NCBI RefSeq assembly: GCF_041146345.1
Contig: NW_027191410.1
Coordinates: 124,001 to 188,000, forward strand
DNA: 64,000 nt
Direction of reading: 5' to 3'
Origin: Neodothiora populina
Lineage: Eukaryota
Part shown: in pieces, positions 39,392 through 52,300 of the stretch
Numbering within the stretch: the first letter of the stretch is position 1
Layout: every line of letters begins with the position of its first letter
Notes under the pieces: generated by a model
The model's database searches: none
Told to the model about the DNA's origin: nothing
The model's input: only the letters and a program-made list of their open reading frames with translations
Made by a program: the position numbers and the translations under genes

Positions 39392-41789
39392 ATGAGCCAA
39401 GCGTCAGGCGAGCAGTCGCTGCAATGGGCCGACGTAGAACAGATGGACGTCATGGGTTCCATGCAGGATATGGACTTTTCCAGCTTCTTAGACATTGGTG
39501 AACTTGACTTGACCGCTTTCTCGCCCACCGCCCATGAACAGGAGCAGCAGCAGCAGCAGCGACAATTTTCCGTGGAGAACAATGCCGGACAAACCCCACA
39601 GCCGTCCAACGCGCGAGTCTTCGACCCAAGCGACATGATCCACGACTTCGCGGCCGAATCGTTTGATCTTTCCTTGAACCTCGCCCAGCATGACTTGAGT
39701 GCCAATATGAGTAGCGACCGTACTGGTCAGGGAGTCCACGACAGTCTTGCTGGACATGTAGATCAACAAGCGGATGCGCCTAATTCCTGGTCGCATCACG
39801 AACAACAGCAGCACCAACCCTCTCCATATCATGCCGCAAACGTCTACCATACGCCTCAGCATGTGCCTCCGACTCCGAACAGTTATGAAATGCACGGGAA
39901 TCCAGGGCGGTATCTACAGCAGCAGATGGACCCCCAGACACGCTCCTTTTTGGAACAACATTATCAGTTGAAGAACGATAATGCTATGTCCTTCACGCCG
40001 CTCGTGTCTCCTGCTGTCACTCCGCAGGATTCGCAGTTCCAGCCCATTCCTCAGTATACCGTCCCTGGCGCCTACTTCAGTCCCTTGACATCCCCCGCCC
40101 TGCAGGCTCAAAACGGATCCCACCAACCATCTCAGATGCAATCTTACCAAGCACATTCCAACACTGCGCCTAGTTCTGTTGCCACCTCGCCCATCGATCT
40201 CAATGCCGATATTGACATGGCTGACAACGGTGCATCCTTCACTGACATGCCTCGGAAAAGCACAAGAAAGATGCAGCCGCCTCGCTCGACTGGTCCCCAA
40301 GCACGTGTGCGCCAGTCCCCTATAGTGAAAGCTCAGTCAAAGCGCAGAGCTACCCATCTCTCATCGGTCATCCCAATCAAGGAGATGGATAGTGTTCTGC
40401 GAGAGGCGCAACAAAGCCAACCACTCTCTGCTGGTCTTCTGCGAAATGCCCAATTTGTTGACAGTTCTGGCACGGAATCAATCTCACCCGAATCACTCTC
40501 CGAGTCTCTCATGGGTCCTCCACCGCGACCTCTGTCTGCAAAACAGTCACCTGCCCTACTGCCCCAGATCCGTTCTGCTCCCGCTTCAGCTATGGTGAAC
40601 GGCAAAGCCGGCGCTCCAGCGACCCCAGCGTCACTCATGTCACTGCGGCCGTCGCAGAAACTAAAGCCGAAGCCGAACGGAAGTACCTCTGCGTCCCATA
40701 CACCCCAGGAAACACCCCAGTCGCATGACGATTCGATCATGTTGGATGACTTTGTTCTGCCGCCCGCCGCCAATACGCAGCCTCCGGCTCCTCTGATGGA
40801 CAGGATTGTGAAAAGCGGACCGTGTGTATCCGCGGATGCTACTCCACGTCTCAGCGCCAGGAAAACACCAAAGCTGGCTCCTGGTAGCACTCCACTTTCG
40901 GCACTTTCCATGGGTTCAACCAATGCAAGCCCCAGCATCATGGCATCTTCGACACCATTGATGACACCGGCCCGTAAAGGAGAAACGAAGCCTGTTGCTA
41001 AAATTGGCAAGAAGCGTGGCAGCATTGGGGGCCCTTTGATCAGTCCGGCCATCAGACCGAAGATCAGCCCCAGCATCAAGCCTTTACTCCCGGAAGGAGG
41101 TATGTTGCTTTGTGCCATCTTGTTCTCATCTACAACACTGACCATGCTATGCAGCAAAACTCAACGAATCACAGCAAGCTCTATTGCTGGCTTCAAAGTC
41201 TAATTATACGCATATACTAGAAGGCACTTTACTGCCTGGCGTGACCTATCCTGAGTCTTTGTCATCAGGCCTGACGTCGAAACGGACATCTCACAAGATT
41301 GCCGAACAAGGCCGTCGAAACAGGATCAACGATGCCCTGAAGGAGATGCAAGCTCTGTTGCCAAAAAAGGCCAAATCCGCGAACGGCTCATCAGACAAGA
41401 CTGACGACGACAACGCCATGGAGGACGAAGCAGACGGTGGCGACAACGACAAGACCGCTGCTGGGCCCAAGACAGCGAGTGCAGAGAGCAAGAACGCAAG
41501 CTCAAAAGCCGCAACAGTCGAGAGCGCCATAGACTACATCAAGCTCTTACAGCAGGAGCGACTGCGACACGACGAGTTGCTCAAGCAAAAGGATGCAGAG
41601 ATGGCTCTGCTGCGAAAAGAATTGCAGAACGCTCGACTTGGTGCTTCTGCTGGCATCGAAAACAAGACGGAGACGCCGGCAGCCTCGACAGCAGTAGCGA
41701 CATCGCCAGAGACGCCAACGACTGCAGATACTAGCGACAAACCCAGCGAGGAAACAAAGGTCGTTGTCGATGCAACAACGCCCTCGTAA
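39392..41789 (+). CDS. bHLH transcription factor, Pho4/NUC-1/PalcA-like phosphate regulator
   Basis: SP-rich region (FTPLVSPAVTP, YFSPLTSPAL), PKISPSIKPLLP, LASKSNYTHILEG and bHLH KRTSHKIAEQGRRNRIN...SKAATVESAIDYIK. Intron at about 41100-41155. Confidence 0.88.
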
Positions 41790-43082
41790 GCATTTGTTCG
41801 CGCCATGACCAGTGTTCACGTTTCGGCAATCGCTCGCATCCGAGGATGGTCCTATCTCGCGCAACCCTCACATTTGGCAAAAAATACTAATAATCCGCTT
41901 GGACTGCACACTTAATATGTACAGTACGTCGAAGCGGCATACTTCTGTTTTAGCACTTTAGATTTCTCTTCTTGTTCCTCTCTTCTTCTCGAACTTAAGT
42001 TGCAAAGCAAAATTTACAATTTCTTGCAAATGTAGAATTTGTTTGATTTCTCTTCAATTACATAGGAAAAAAAAAACTTACAAAATATGACTTTCTGAAC
42101 TGATAAACACAAATAAAGACTCTTGCTTCATCCAGCTTTTCTACCGCATCCATTCCAAGACTGATTGAAGGTGAGCAGTCCAAAAGTGTACTGTACCTCC
42201 TCCTTACGCGCAACTCTCCTTTTAACAATCCGGATCAAGCGAACGGAATAAGATACATCGGGTGGTCTTATCCCAGCACGCTTCCTTCCTCAGCGATATA
42301 ATCTCTACTCACGGAAAGACTCATCGACCTCACTAGTACAATATGAATGCTGTTAGTCACAATGAACGGCCATTGAGCAGCTTTGTCGCGATATGCACGC
42401 TTGCTTGCATTGACGATCTCTGCGTTGAAATCTATGTACATGATTCTCGGCGTCTAAAACAGCTCGATCGCATCCGAGTCCGAGAATTGCAGGCTGAACG
42501 ACAGTGGTAGATTGCTGATTGGCTACATTATCTGCATATAGCTGCCTTCTGGAAGAGGATGCTCGATTGGACAGACCGAAGCATCGAATCATCGTTTCGT
42601 CCGGTCGTCGGAATAGTGCTGGCTTTCCCCGTGAACGATTCGCCAAGTGTGGATTTGCAAGGCCTCTGCGATGTGGAGGATCGAGTGTCGATTCGCTGGG
42701 TGATCAGGAGGCATGACATGTGCTATGTAGTATCGATGGCGCCGAGCCGTGATTTCGTCTCTGGAGAAAGCCCAAGAGAGAAAGGCTAGGGAGGTCTAAC
42801 TGCTTGCTCAATGGCTGACTCCTGTCGTTTCAGATCGACCGCGAAATGGCTCGAATAGCGGTATGCAAGTGATGCTATTCTGCCCAGTAAGATGAGTGCG
42901 ACTATTGGGAAGAAAGTGCGGAAATCAGAATTCATCGATCTCTAGACGATCGCTCGTGGCACCATGCAGCCGTCAAGGTCGGACCTCTCCTAGGAGATCA
43001 AGGCCATGCTGAACAGTCGTAATTCATGGCGCTTGAAGGCGCAGAGGGTCGCTGGGGAATTGTGATAATTCAGAAAGCCTGC

Positions 43083-44132
43083 TCAACTTCTCATGAATTC
43101 CCTCACGTCCCATATCAGGACTCTCTCGTCCCAGGCGCATGTAGCACACCAGCCCTCAGCGCCAAACAAGCACCAATCGGCGCCCATGGCGAACTCTGTA
43201 TGTCCCTCCATACGGCCCAGCTCCTTACCGCCCATACCTGCTCCGCCTACTCCCGTAGCGCTCCCGTCCGTCCACACTCGACACGTCATATCGTAACTTG
43301 CCGAAAGCAAGACATCAGATAGATGAGGACTCCAGGCAACTTTCTTGACTGCATAGTCATGACCACCGAGGACAGAAATCGGTCCGGCACCGGGATTCCG
43401 GATGTCGAAGACGCGGATTGCGCCATCGACACCCGCAGTGGCAACGATGGTGTCTCTGTATTTATTCCAATCGTGAGTCAAGCACTCCGTCGGACCCATG
43501 GCGCCTGCGACAGGCATCGTAACACCAGGCATCCTTTTAGGAGGGGCGTGGATGGGGATGGCTAGAGTTAGATGATTGCTGGCGCTCGCGGGCGTTCGCA
43601 AGTCAAAGATTCTCAGGTGTGAGTCTCTCGAAACCGCAGTGATCATTTCCGGATTATGTGGAGAGAATTGTGCGCTGTATACACAACTGTGGATGGGCAG
43701 GGTCGACAAGCTCATGTCGCTGCCTTGTGGATCCCATATCTTGACTGTGCCGTCCCAACTTGAACTTAAGAATGTGTTTTTGTGACCCAAATTCCAGTTG
43801 ACACTGAAGACCTCTCGTCCGTGTTCCTTCCATTGCGCTACAGGAAATTGCGCATCCGGTAGGGCAATGTCGAATAACTTGATGCTGCCATCCCCTCCGG
43901 CCGTCAAGACCTGATTCTCGTGTGCTTCCGACCAGCATGTGTCAAAGAGGCAGTCCTGCGTCTCAAAGTATCGTTCGCACACCGGCCCGTTGGCGGTGAG
44001 GGAGAGGATGTACAGACGACCATTCCCGACTAATCCAAAATTGGCACCTGCCGCAACGCACAGCCGGTTGTCGTAGAACGGCGAGTACTTGACGCTGTAT
44101 GGATTGAACCCGGCAGTCCGAAATTCGAGCAT
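43083..44132 (-). CDS. PEX7: PTS2 receptor Pex7 (WD40)
   Basis: MLEFRTAGFNPYSVKYSPFYDNRL..ANFGLVGNGRL, WD repeats and LLSASYDMTCRVW. Intronless. Confidence 0.96.
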   Translation of the reverse strand: MLEFRTAGFNPYSVKYSPFYDNRLCVAAGANFGLVGNGRLYILSLTANGPVCERYFETQDCLFDTCWSEAHENQVLTAGGDGSIKLFDIALPDAQFPVAQWKEHGREVFSVNWNLGHKNTFLSSSWDGTVKIWDPQGSDMSLSTLPIHSCVYSAQFSPHNPEMITAVSRDSHLRIFDLRTPASASNHLTLAIPIHAPPKRMPGVTMPVAGAMGPTECLTHDWNKYRDTIVATAGVDGAIRVFDIRNPGAGPISVLGGHDYAVKKVAWSPHLSDVLLSASYDMTCRVWTDGSATGVGGAGMGGKELGRMEGHTEFAMGADWCLFGAEGWCATCAWDERVLIWDVREFMRS

Positions 44133-44861
44133 CGTGACCAGTCTATTTCGACGTGGTGACGGCTTCCGTATGCAGTCCTATATTCTACCGTTCCGCTGGT
44201 ATGAACCGGCAGGAGGTCAAATTGGGTTTGGGTGGTAAGGTGGGGTTGCTTTGTTCCTGCTCAGGTTGCGCCTCGAGCTCGAGTCTTGCTACTACTACGG
44301 TATTTCGTGCGGTGATAGAGGAAGCGGCGAGCGGTGCGGTAGTTCAGCTGCGAGGTCAAGCGCCTCCTTAGGACATATATCCGGATGCGCCCACAGTATC
44401 GTACTGTGTCTAATGGATGACTTATACCAATCGGGAATTGTTTATAGCGTGTGACGTCGGCATTTGCATGCAGGACCGACCGAGGTTCATGTGGAGAAAC
44501 TTTGGTCTGTGCATGGTATGCTCCATGCCTTAGGTACGTGCTGTTGCCACAATAGTTACTGCGCAGTCGTTTTGAGCAAACCGTATACGCATGAGCGACG
44601 AGAGCGAACACGCTTATAGGTATACAGTGTAGTTATCAGATCATGTCGATTTGAAGCCACTACATGTCTTGAGCATCAAGATTTTGAGCTCATGGTCTTG
44701 CGCAGCTGATCACAAGCATCGCATAGCAAAGCGGACAGGGTCGCCCTCTTTTGCGCTTGCTATATATCTCGCGTGTATCGGACCATTAATCCAAGCAGAA
44801 TTATTGTGCATCTTTTGCAGATGTGGTATGGTGGTATCAAATATATGCTGCTGTTACACAT

Positions 44862-46481
44862 CTATCGCTGTGCCCTGTACAATCTCTCCTCATTCATCCT
44901 CGCCTCGACCAGCTTTCGGACCTTTTCATCATACAGATCTTCCACGGTTTTGTCGCCCTTGAGAACTTCCTTCTCATGTCTTTGAGCTTCGTCTTTCGTC
45001 ATGAGAACCAGGTCGCCAAGCTTCAAGTTGGAGACCCTTTGACCTTGAATAGAGTTGTCTACGAACCCAGTCTCGGGCTTTTTCCACCTCAAAAGACTGA
45101 GTCTGGTTGATAGTCCGCTGACGACACTTCTGCCACGATAGACTTCTTCGACCATGTAGCCGACGTCGTCGTGTGTGACTGCGATTTTCAGACCAAGAGG
45201 ATCTCCGCCCTGCGCTCTTACGAGCCTTTCTTCGTTGCCCTGAAGTCCAGAGAGGATGCCATCATATAGCTTGTCCCTTGACTTGCTGGGCAAGTATTCG
45301 TGAGGGTAGCCACTGATGGAAAGCATGACATGATTGGCAACGCACAAACCGAATACTGCAGGCATTGTACCAAGGACAGGTAAGATCCTGACTCTGAAAT
45401 CTGGCAAGGCGCTCAACTCGCCGACATCGCCCTTCTTGTATTCTTCTTCGGGCAGAGGCAAGAGTTGCGCTTTGCCTGGTCCAGTCTTTTCCTGAGAGTA
45501 GACCACAGGAATGCCTTCCTTGATCCCTCTCATGCGCAGTCGGCGTCGGGTCGATCGCGATAGAGGATCGTCTGTGCTGGAAGAAATGTCGCCGATGAAT
45601 ACACGTGTGGGATCAGATTTACATCCGGCGCCCATTGAAGAAATCACTTTGATGTTGTGCTTGTGGCAATAGGCCAGGAGATCAACTTTGCTGTCGATGT
45701 TGTCAATAGCATCTACCACAAAGTCTGGTGCTTGTCCGTCCGAAGTCCATGGCGCCAGTTGTGACTCCGCTGTCGCACCACTGAACAGCTCGTTTCGGCA
45801 ATCAAAGTGAGTCCAGGGAACGATCTGCTCCAGTCGTTTGCGCAAACAGTGCACTTTGGGCGTCCCCACGTCCGCAAGAGTAGCGACTGCATGTCTGTTC
45901 AGAGACGAAAGAGATACCTGATCGAAATCGATAAGACGAATCTTGCCGGCGCCCGATCTTGCGAGAGCCGCCGCTGCATGCGATCCTACGCCACCCACTC
46001 CGACCACAATTATGAAGGCTTTGCGTAGTTTACCGAGTCCTTCGTCTGTCAGAAAGACCCTGTTCCTTGCCAATTGCTCCAGAATAAGCTCTGCATCGTC
46101 ATTAGCACCTGAATAATTTGTCTGAGGCAGTAATACACACCTTCGTCATAGTCACCCAGACGTGCTCTGGCAGCAAGAGCAGCGCCTCTTTCATCTTCTT
46201 TTGTACTTCGTGAGCCATCAGCAGCAGCAGCCCCAAATTCGTTGATCTTTACTTTGGTCAGTTACCTCCTGAGGCGAAATTTATGAACAATACAATACCT
46301 TGAAAATATCATGCTTTTGCTTAGGATCAGGAATGGAATCCTTCAATTCATGGACTCGGTGTCGCCGGCTGGTGTTCTGATAGCCTATAATTGCACCTCC
46401 GACGAGGAGACCAGACACCACGGCCGTCGTCGCTAGCTGCAGCCTATGCGACGAGCTTACTTGCTCTACCCACGTGGACAT
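44862..46481 (-). CDS. tRNA threonylcarbamoyladenosine dehydratase (ThiF/E1-like, TCD1/TCD2)
   Basis: N-terminal TM anchor, EQLARNRVFL, VVGVGGVGS, SLSSLNRHA, SSMGAGCKSDP and RILPVLGTMP. Two introns. Confidence 0.92.
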
Positions 46482-46646
46482 TGTGTGGACTGTCAGGACA
46501 GTTCCATGAATATAGAGCAAGTTCTATAATAATTAGTTTTAGTTGTTGCGCGCGACAAAAGTCTAGCAATCCAGGGTCTTTGTGGAGTCGATGTATGGCT
46601 TGGGCTGTGGCTCGAGGAGCTGCTCGTCTACCTCTTCCTTTCCTAC

Positions 46647-46669
46647 CTCATCGCAGTGACCGCGATGAG
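46647..46669. promoter_or_regulatory. Inverted pair of PAC elements (CTCATCGC-N7-GCGATGAG) in the TCD/SOF1 divergent promoter
   Basis: Two exact matches to yeast PAC GCGATGAG in opposite orientation, about 270-290 bp upstream of SOF1. Confidence 0.55.
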
Positions 46670-46938
46670 CATACACGTTGTGATTGAGTTCCCTACCTCA
46701 TCATGACTCAGGAATCAAAGAACCTTACAGAATTGCTTCATTACAATAACAACGTAAATACTGGTAGTAAAGAGTGAGGCAGGTGCAGGGTCTTGGCATA
46801 CCTTCCCATTCGAGACTGGCGCGACTGCGGAGTTTGGTGCAAACCTCCGCATTTACTTTTGAATTGAATCCATCTTCTGAACATTTTCTTGGGATTTATC
46901 GGTGTTGCTACTGTAGTTTTGATGCCAGGTCAACAATC

Positions 46939-48341
46939 ATGGTAGGTTTTCCATCTGTTATTCCACACTCAATCGCATCGTGCATACTGATGAATGTTTA
47001 CAGAAAATCAAAGCACTTTCTCGGTCTGCCGCAGACATACAGGCGCCCGGCACAAATGTCGCCCGCCAACCTCGAAATCTCGATCCTGCTCAGCATCCAT
47101 TTGAGCGCGCGAGAGAATACACTCGCGCACTGAATGCGACGAAGATGGAGCGCATGTTCGCTGCACCATTTGTGGGAGACCTGGGACGAGGTCACGTGGA
47201 CGGAGTCTATACCATGGCCAAAGACCCCAAGTCGCTGGAAAGACTCGCAAGTGGCAGCGGCGATGGTGTGATAAAAGTGTGGGATCTGCCCAGCAGAGAA
47301 GAAGTGTGGCAAACGCAAGCGCACGATAACATCGTCAAGAGTGTGTGTTGGACCCAGGACCACAAATTGCTCTCGGCAGGAACAGACCGCACGATCAAGA
47401 TGTACGATCCATACCACACCTCTTCCAACTCGGCTCCCCTCTCCACCTGGCTGGGAACCAACGCCTTCACCTCCATCACAAAGCATAGACACGATGCCAC
47501 TATCGCCGCTGCCTCGTCCGCCATATCAATCTACGATCTGACGCGACCCTCTTCTGCGGCCATCCAAACCCTCCAATGGCCCAACAGCATAGATACCATT
47601 ACCGCTTGCGCCTTCAACCAGACCGAAACCTCCATCCTCGCCTCAATAGCGACCGACCGCTCTCTGATTTTCTACGATATGCGTACCTCGTCGCCCTTGC
47701 ACCGATCATTCCTGAACCTGTCCTCCAACTCTCTCTCGTGGAATCCTATGGAGGCCTTCAACATCGCCGTTGCCAACGAAGACCACAACATCTACATCTT
47801 TGATATGCGCAACCTGAAGCGCGCGCTCAACGTGCTCAAAGACCACGTCGCAGCAGTCATGGACGTCGAGTTCAGCCCCACGGGCGAAGAACTCGTCTCG
47901 GCCTCTTACGATCGTTCGATCCGCCTCTGGTCGCGAAATCAAGGCCATAGTCGTGACGTCTACCACACCAAGCGCATGCAGCGTGTCTTCTCGGCCACTT
48001 GGACACCGGACAACAACTATGTTATTTCTGGCTCCGACGACGGAAATATTCGCTTGTGGCGCGCAAACGCCTCGTCCAGACAGGGTGTCAAATCCGCCAG
48101 ACAGAGGCAGCAGCTCGAGTACGACGCTGCGCTCATCCAGCGATACAAGCATATGCCTGAGATCAGACGCATCCACAGACATAGGCATTTGCCTCAGCAG
48201 GTCAAGAAGGCCGGTGAGATCAAGAGCGAAGAACTCAAGGCACTCAAGAGAAGAGAGGAGAACGAGCGGAAACACAGTCGCAAGGGTCTCAAGGATAGAA
48301 GAAGTGAGAGAGAAAAGATGGTTCTTACTACCGAGCAGTAA
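46939..48341 (+). CDS. SOF1: SSU processome WD40 protein Sof1/DCAF13
   Basis: The first coding exon is the ATG alone (46939-46941), followed by intron 46942-47003. Then KIKALSR..HPFERAREYTRALNATKMERMFA, SRDVYHTKRMQRV and PEIRRIHRHRHLP. Confidence 0.96.
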
Positions 48342-48744
48342 CGAATGCCAGCTCGGCACGACTTTTGATGTTTTTCTGCTACTCTTGGGCAAAGACCCGA
48401 TTTTGATACCTTTTTTATGCTTATAGGTTTCTATGCATTGCGTTGGCGTTGACCATAGGGAGGAAAAAAGGAGGACATGATCTGATCACATCAATTCTTG
48501 ATAGGCGCTGCGACCTCAGTTCCAAGGCACTGACATAACACCGTCGTTCTCTTCTTCATTGCCCTCGTCTGGCGCATGTACACATCGATGCCATGTGAGA
48601 TATCTTTGAGGTACTCTCGATCATTGCTACCTGACAAAGGCTATGCTGTCTAGTTTGTATAATTAGTACCCGTAGGAAAAAAAAAACCTGTAACAGGCAC
48701 ACGGCACAGAATATAATATAGTATGACCGCATTTCGCACGGACA

Positions 48745-48801
48745 CTACCTTACTGTTACTAAGGTACCCTACCTTACTGTTACTAAGGTACCCTACCTTA
48801 C
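48745..48801. repeat. Perfect 24-bp tandem repeat (ctaccttactgttactaaggtacc) x 2.4
   Basis: Exact copies at 48745 and 48769 and a partial copy at 48793. Each unit contains inverted arms ACCTTA-N7-TAAGGT. Confidence 0.9.
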
Positions 48802-48816
48802 AAAGGGATTCGTTTT

Positions 48817-48993
48817 AGTCATTGACCGTTCAGAGAGTAGTCATAAGAAACTCATCGACTGTTCATCGAAACCCCATCAACTGCTCATTACAGAGTCTTT
48901 GCCTATTGAATAGAAAGTCATTGCCTGTTCACAAAGAATTCATCACTTATTCATAGGGAACTTCTTGTCAATTCATCGGAAAGTCATTTGACT
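48817..48993 (+). repeat. Degenerate 22-bp tandem array B (same family as array A), with one 11-bp half unit
   Basis: Units start at 48817, 48839 (half), 48850, 48872, 48894, 48916, 48938, 48960 and 48982. Examples: agtcattgaccgttcagagagt and agtcattgcctgttcacaaaga. Confidence 0.85.
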
Positions 48994-49382
48994 AAAAACG
49001 AACTTTCGTACAGTAGATCTACCTAGAATTTGCGGAGAAACTAAAGCCAAATCGATAAGGAAACGCCGCCAGGCACAGGAAAACATACCGCGTGCACGCC
49101 AAGAAAGCCCCTATACATGATATACAGCACTCCATCTCGAACCTCGCCAGTGGTATATAAGAGCATTGAGACCACAGCCCACCAGGTAGCAGCATCTTGG
49201 ACACCCTAATGCCAGTGTGACTAGTCGTGAATTCCCTCGCGCAACAGCACATCCCACGCGTCTTGCGCTCCAAGTATGCACAGTCGGCCCTGCGCAGGGC
49301 GCCCCCCGTCGTTGTCGCGACCATCGTTGGGGTCTCGATACGCAATCGGTCGATCGCTACCCATAGCATCGCGTTGAATACA

Positions 49383-52300
49383 ATGGCATCTATTCCACCT
49401 CGGTCGCCGGTCTCTGGTCCGCTCAAAGCTAAGTCTGGCTCGAAGAAGGCTCCTCTTCCCTCGAATGCGCCTGTGGGGTTCCAGAGCGCTATTAGTCTTG
49501 TGACTAAAGAGCAATTGTATCAGGACTATCATTCGCCGGTTCACGAAAGTCAGGATCTACAGACTGTCGTAGAGCCCGTGGAGATGGCTGGCTCTTCCAA
49601 TGGAAAAACAGTGGCTTCCGCTGGAAAGTTGAAGAAGCCCTCGAAGCGCGCAGCCATTGGAACGATATCTGGAAAGGAAGAGCCGACCGATGCAGGGCTA
49701 CCAGGGGATCTTGACAAGGACGTCTTCAGTGCCGAGTCTCTGCATGATATACCGGCGGCTCCTGCGCCCAAACGCGGTCGCAAGAAGGCAACACCACTCC
49801 CCGGCTCTGACACGCCAAATGCAATCGTCAGGAGAGCTCGTAAAACAGCAGTCTCCAAGGCTGTCGAGTCAGGTGATGTTGCGTCTGTGACATCGAAGCA
49901 GCCTGCGAAAAGAGTCAGGAAGACGAAGGCCGATGCTGGAGAATCGACCAAGACTGTTAAGCCTCGAGGGAGGAGACCAAAGTCAGCAGTATTGGTAGAC
50001 GCCGCCGACGATAACAGCGGAAATGAGTCTTCTGACAAGGCCTTGGAAGTCGCTCACAATAATGCAAATGTGACTCGAAGTGAAGCACCGGAATATGGGG
50101 CTACTGAAAATGATGTAAAGCCAGACTCGAACAATACTTCACATTTCGTAGATGAGACTGCGAACGTAGGGACGAGTGACGCGCGTAGAATTCCAAGCGA
50201 AGCGCCTGCTCTAGCACCTGGTGTGCGTCAAATCTCGCCTTCACAGTTCGATCTCCCGCCGTCCTACCAGGAACCCAGTCCCGAGGAAGACTTGGAAGGG
50301 CTTGCACGGGTGGTCGACCACCGCATGGATTCGCTTATCCTACAGCGATCTCCATCTGGCAAATTGCATGAGCCTGGTGAACAAGTACACCCTGCCGAAT
50401 TTGATGAGATGCTGTCGAGGCAAGTCGAATTTGGCAATCTAGTAGGAAGTTTCGCGTACAGTGCCAATGCCGTTGTGAATCAGCAGGAGCCATGTGCAGA
50501 TCCTGTCCTCGCCATGCCAATACTTGATGAGGGTACAAAGGTCAAGAAGGCGGCGCCCAAGCCACGGAAGAAGGCCGCTCCGAAGGAGAAAGCAGAGCCG
50601 AAAAAGAAGGTAGAAAGGAAGAAAAGAGATCCTCAACCCAAGGCACCCAAGGTGCCCAAAGAGCCAAAGCCAAAGGCTCCTAAGAAGCCTCCAAAAAAGC
50701 CTCTTACAATCACTGCACTCGCTACTGCAGCATACCGACAGCAGAAACCTTCGGAATTGGCCGAGACGGAAGAGGTCAACAAGCTCACGTCCTTCTTTAC
50801 CGCGGAAGCCGTTGCCGCCGCGACTCTGCCTCTTGAAGGTCGTACAATGAGCGAGGCTGCACCATCCAAGTCTGTAAAGCGAAAATCAGTAGGCGATAAG
50901 CCTCCGTCAAAGCGTAGCAAGAAAGCTGCTCAAAACTTGATCGTTTCGACACTCGAATCACCCGAGACAGCCCACAAAAATATGCGGAACCAGGAGTGGC
51001 TCTTCGGCACATCAAGTCAGCTTGCAACGGCGGAGTCTCCTACTGAATTCCGTGATCTGCAACGTGCAATGAAAGAGTCCGAAGCCTTCTTGAGTTCGCA
51101 AAACACCGGAAGTAGTCAGAACTTGGAGCATCTCCGCGCAGCAAGTTGTTTGCGCGTTCCATCAGCACCGCACGGCACTGATATTTCTATTGGTCAAGGT
51201 CAGCGAGACCTTTGGCTGTCTGCTGCTAGAGACTTTCAGGACGGCACGTATGCGCATGGTGTTGTTTCTGAGCTCGTCGGTGAAGTGGTCCAGGTGACCA
51301 CGACGTTGAATGTTGATGCGAACCTGCCCTGGCCTTCGGCAATAGAAGCGATTCCGGAAGCTACTCTTTGCAATGACACGGTCGACGAGGCTCTGCAACC
51401 AAGCGATCCTGTAAAGGAGGACGAGGCTCACGATTCCGGCTACGTCGACATTGACGATATCTCTGATGTAACGCCACTTCCTGGATCTCTGCCTGCCCAT
51501 GTCGAAGTTACATCTGTGTCGGAAAGCCAGAACACCATGGATCACTCCACGTCGCGATACATCCTGGCAATACTGAATCCGAATGCAAACATAGCCAAGC
51601 CAATCCTTATTAGAGATAGCAAAACGCCTTCTCCAGCAAAGCCGATTACAGAGAAATCTATGGTATTGCCACTAAGTCCATCGACGCCAACTAAAAAGCC
51701 TCGTGGCAGGCCACGTAAAACGGTCACAGACCTCAAGCCTTTGCAAACCACAACAACAATACCTGTATCCACCAAACCTAGAGGCCGACCCCCGAATTTA
51801 GGATATGCACTTTCCGCTCCCGCCTCCCCAAGCAATCGTCGCCAACCGAGCTTCCAGAAGCCAGCTTCTACGCAACCAATTGTGCTCTCTTCGTTTCCAT
51901 ACCTCGAAATCGATGACATTGACGACGCAGACGCAGCTCTTAGTCCGCCCTCGCCACCAAAACGGCGTAGCAAGTCTCCTATTGCTCAGAACACACTTGA
52001 ACTGTCTAACCCTGCTGCTGTCACTGCGATCGCCCAGCTGGCGACCAAGCCAAGAAGCGAAAAGCAGCTCCAGGCTGATTGGCCGACCATTTCGGTCGGT
52101 TTGTTCCCCCTCATCACGACGATGCTCAAGTCACAGCCACCAACTACGGACATCAAGTCTCCAAGCTGGCACGAGAAAATTTTACTCTATGATCCTATCG
52201 TACTCGAAGACCTAACCGCTTGGCTGAACGCAAATGGGGTTAGAATCGAGTTACAGCGACCGAGCGTCGTCCACCCGACGAAAAAGCCGCGTGGTCGGCC

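Noticed and set aside
830..44132. Peroxisomal gene cluster (CAT2, PEX2, PEX7)
   Set aside because: The genes are 17-22 kb apart and separated by many unrelated genes, so co-location is compatible with chance.
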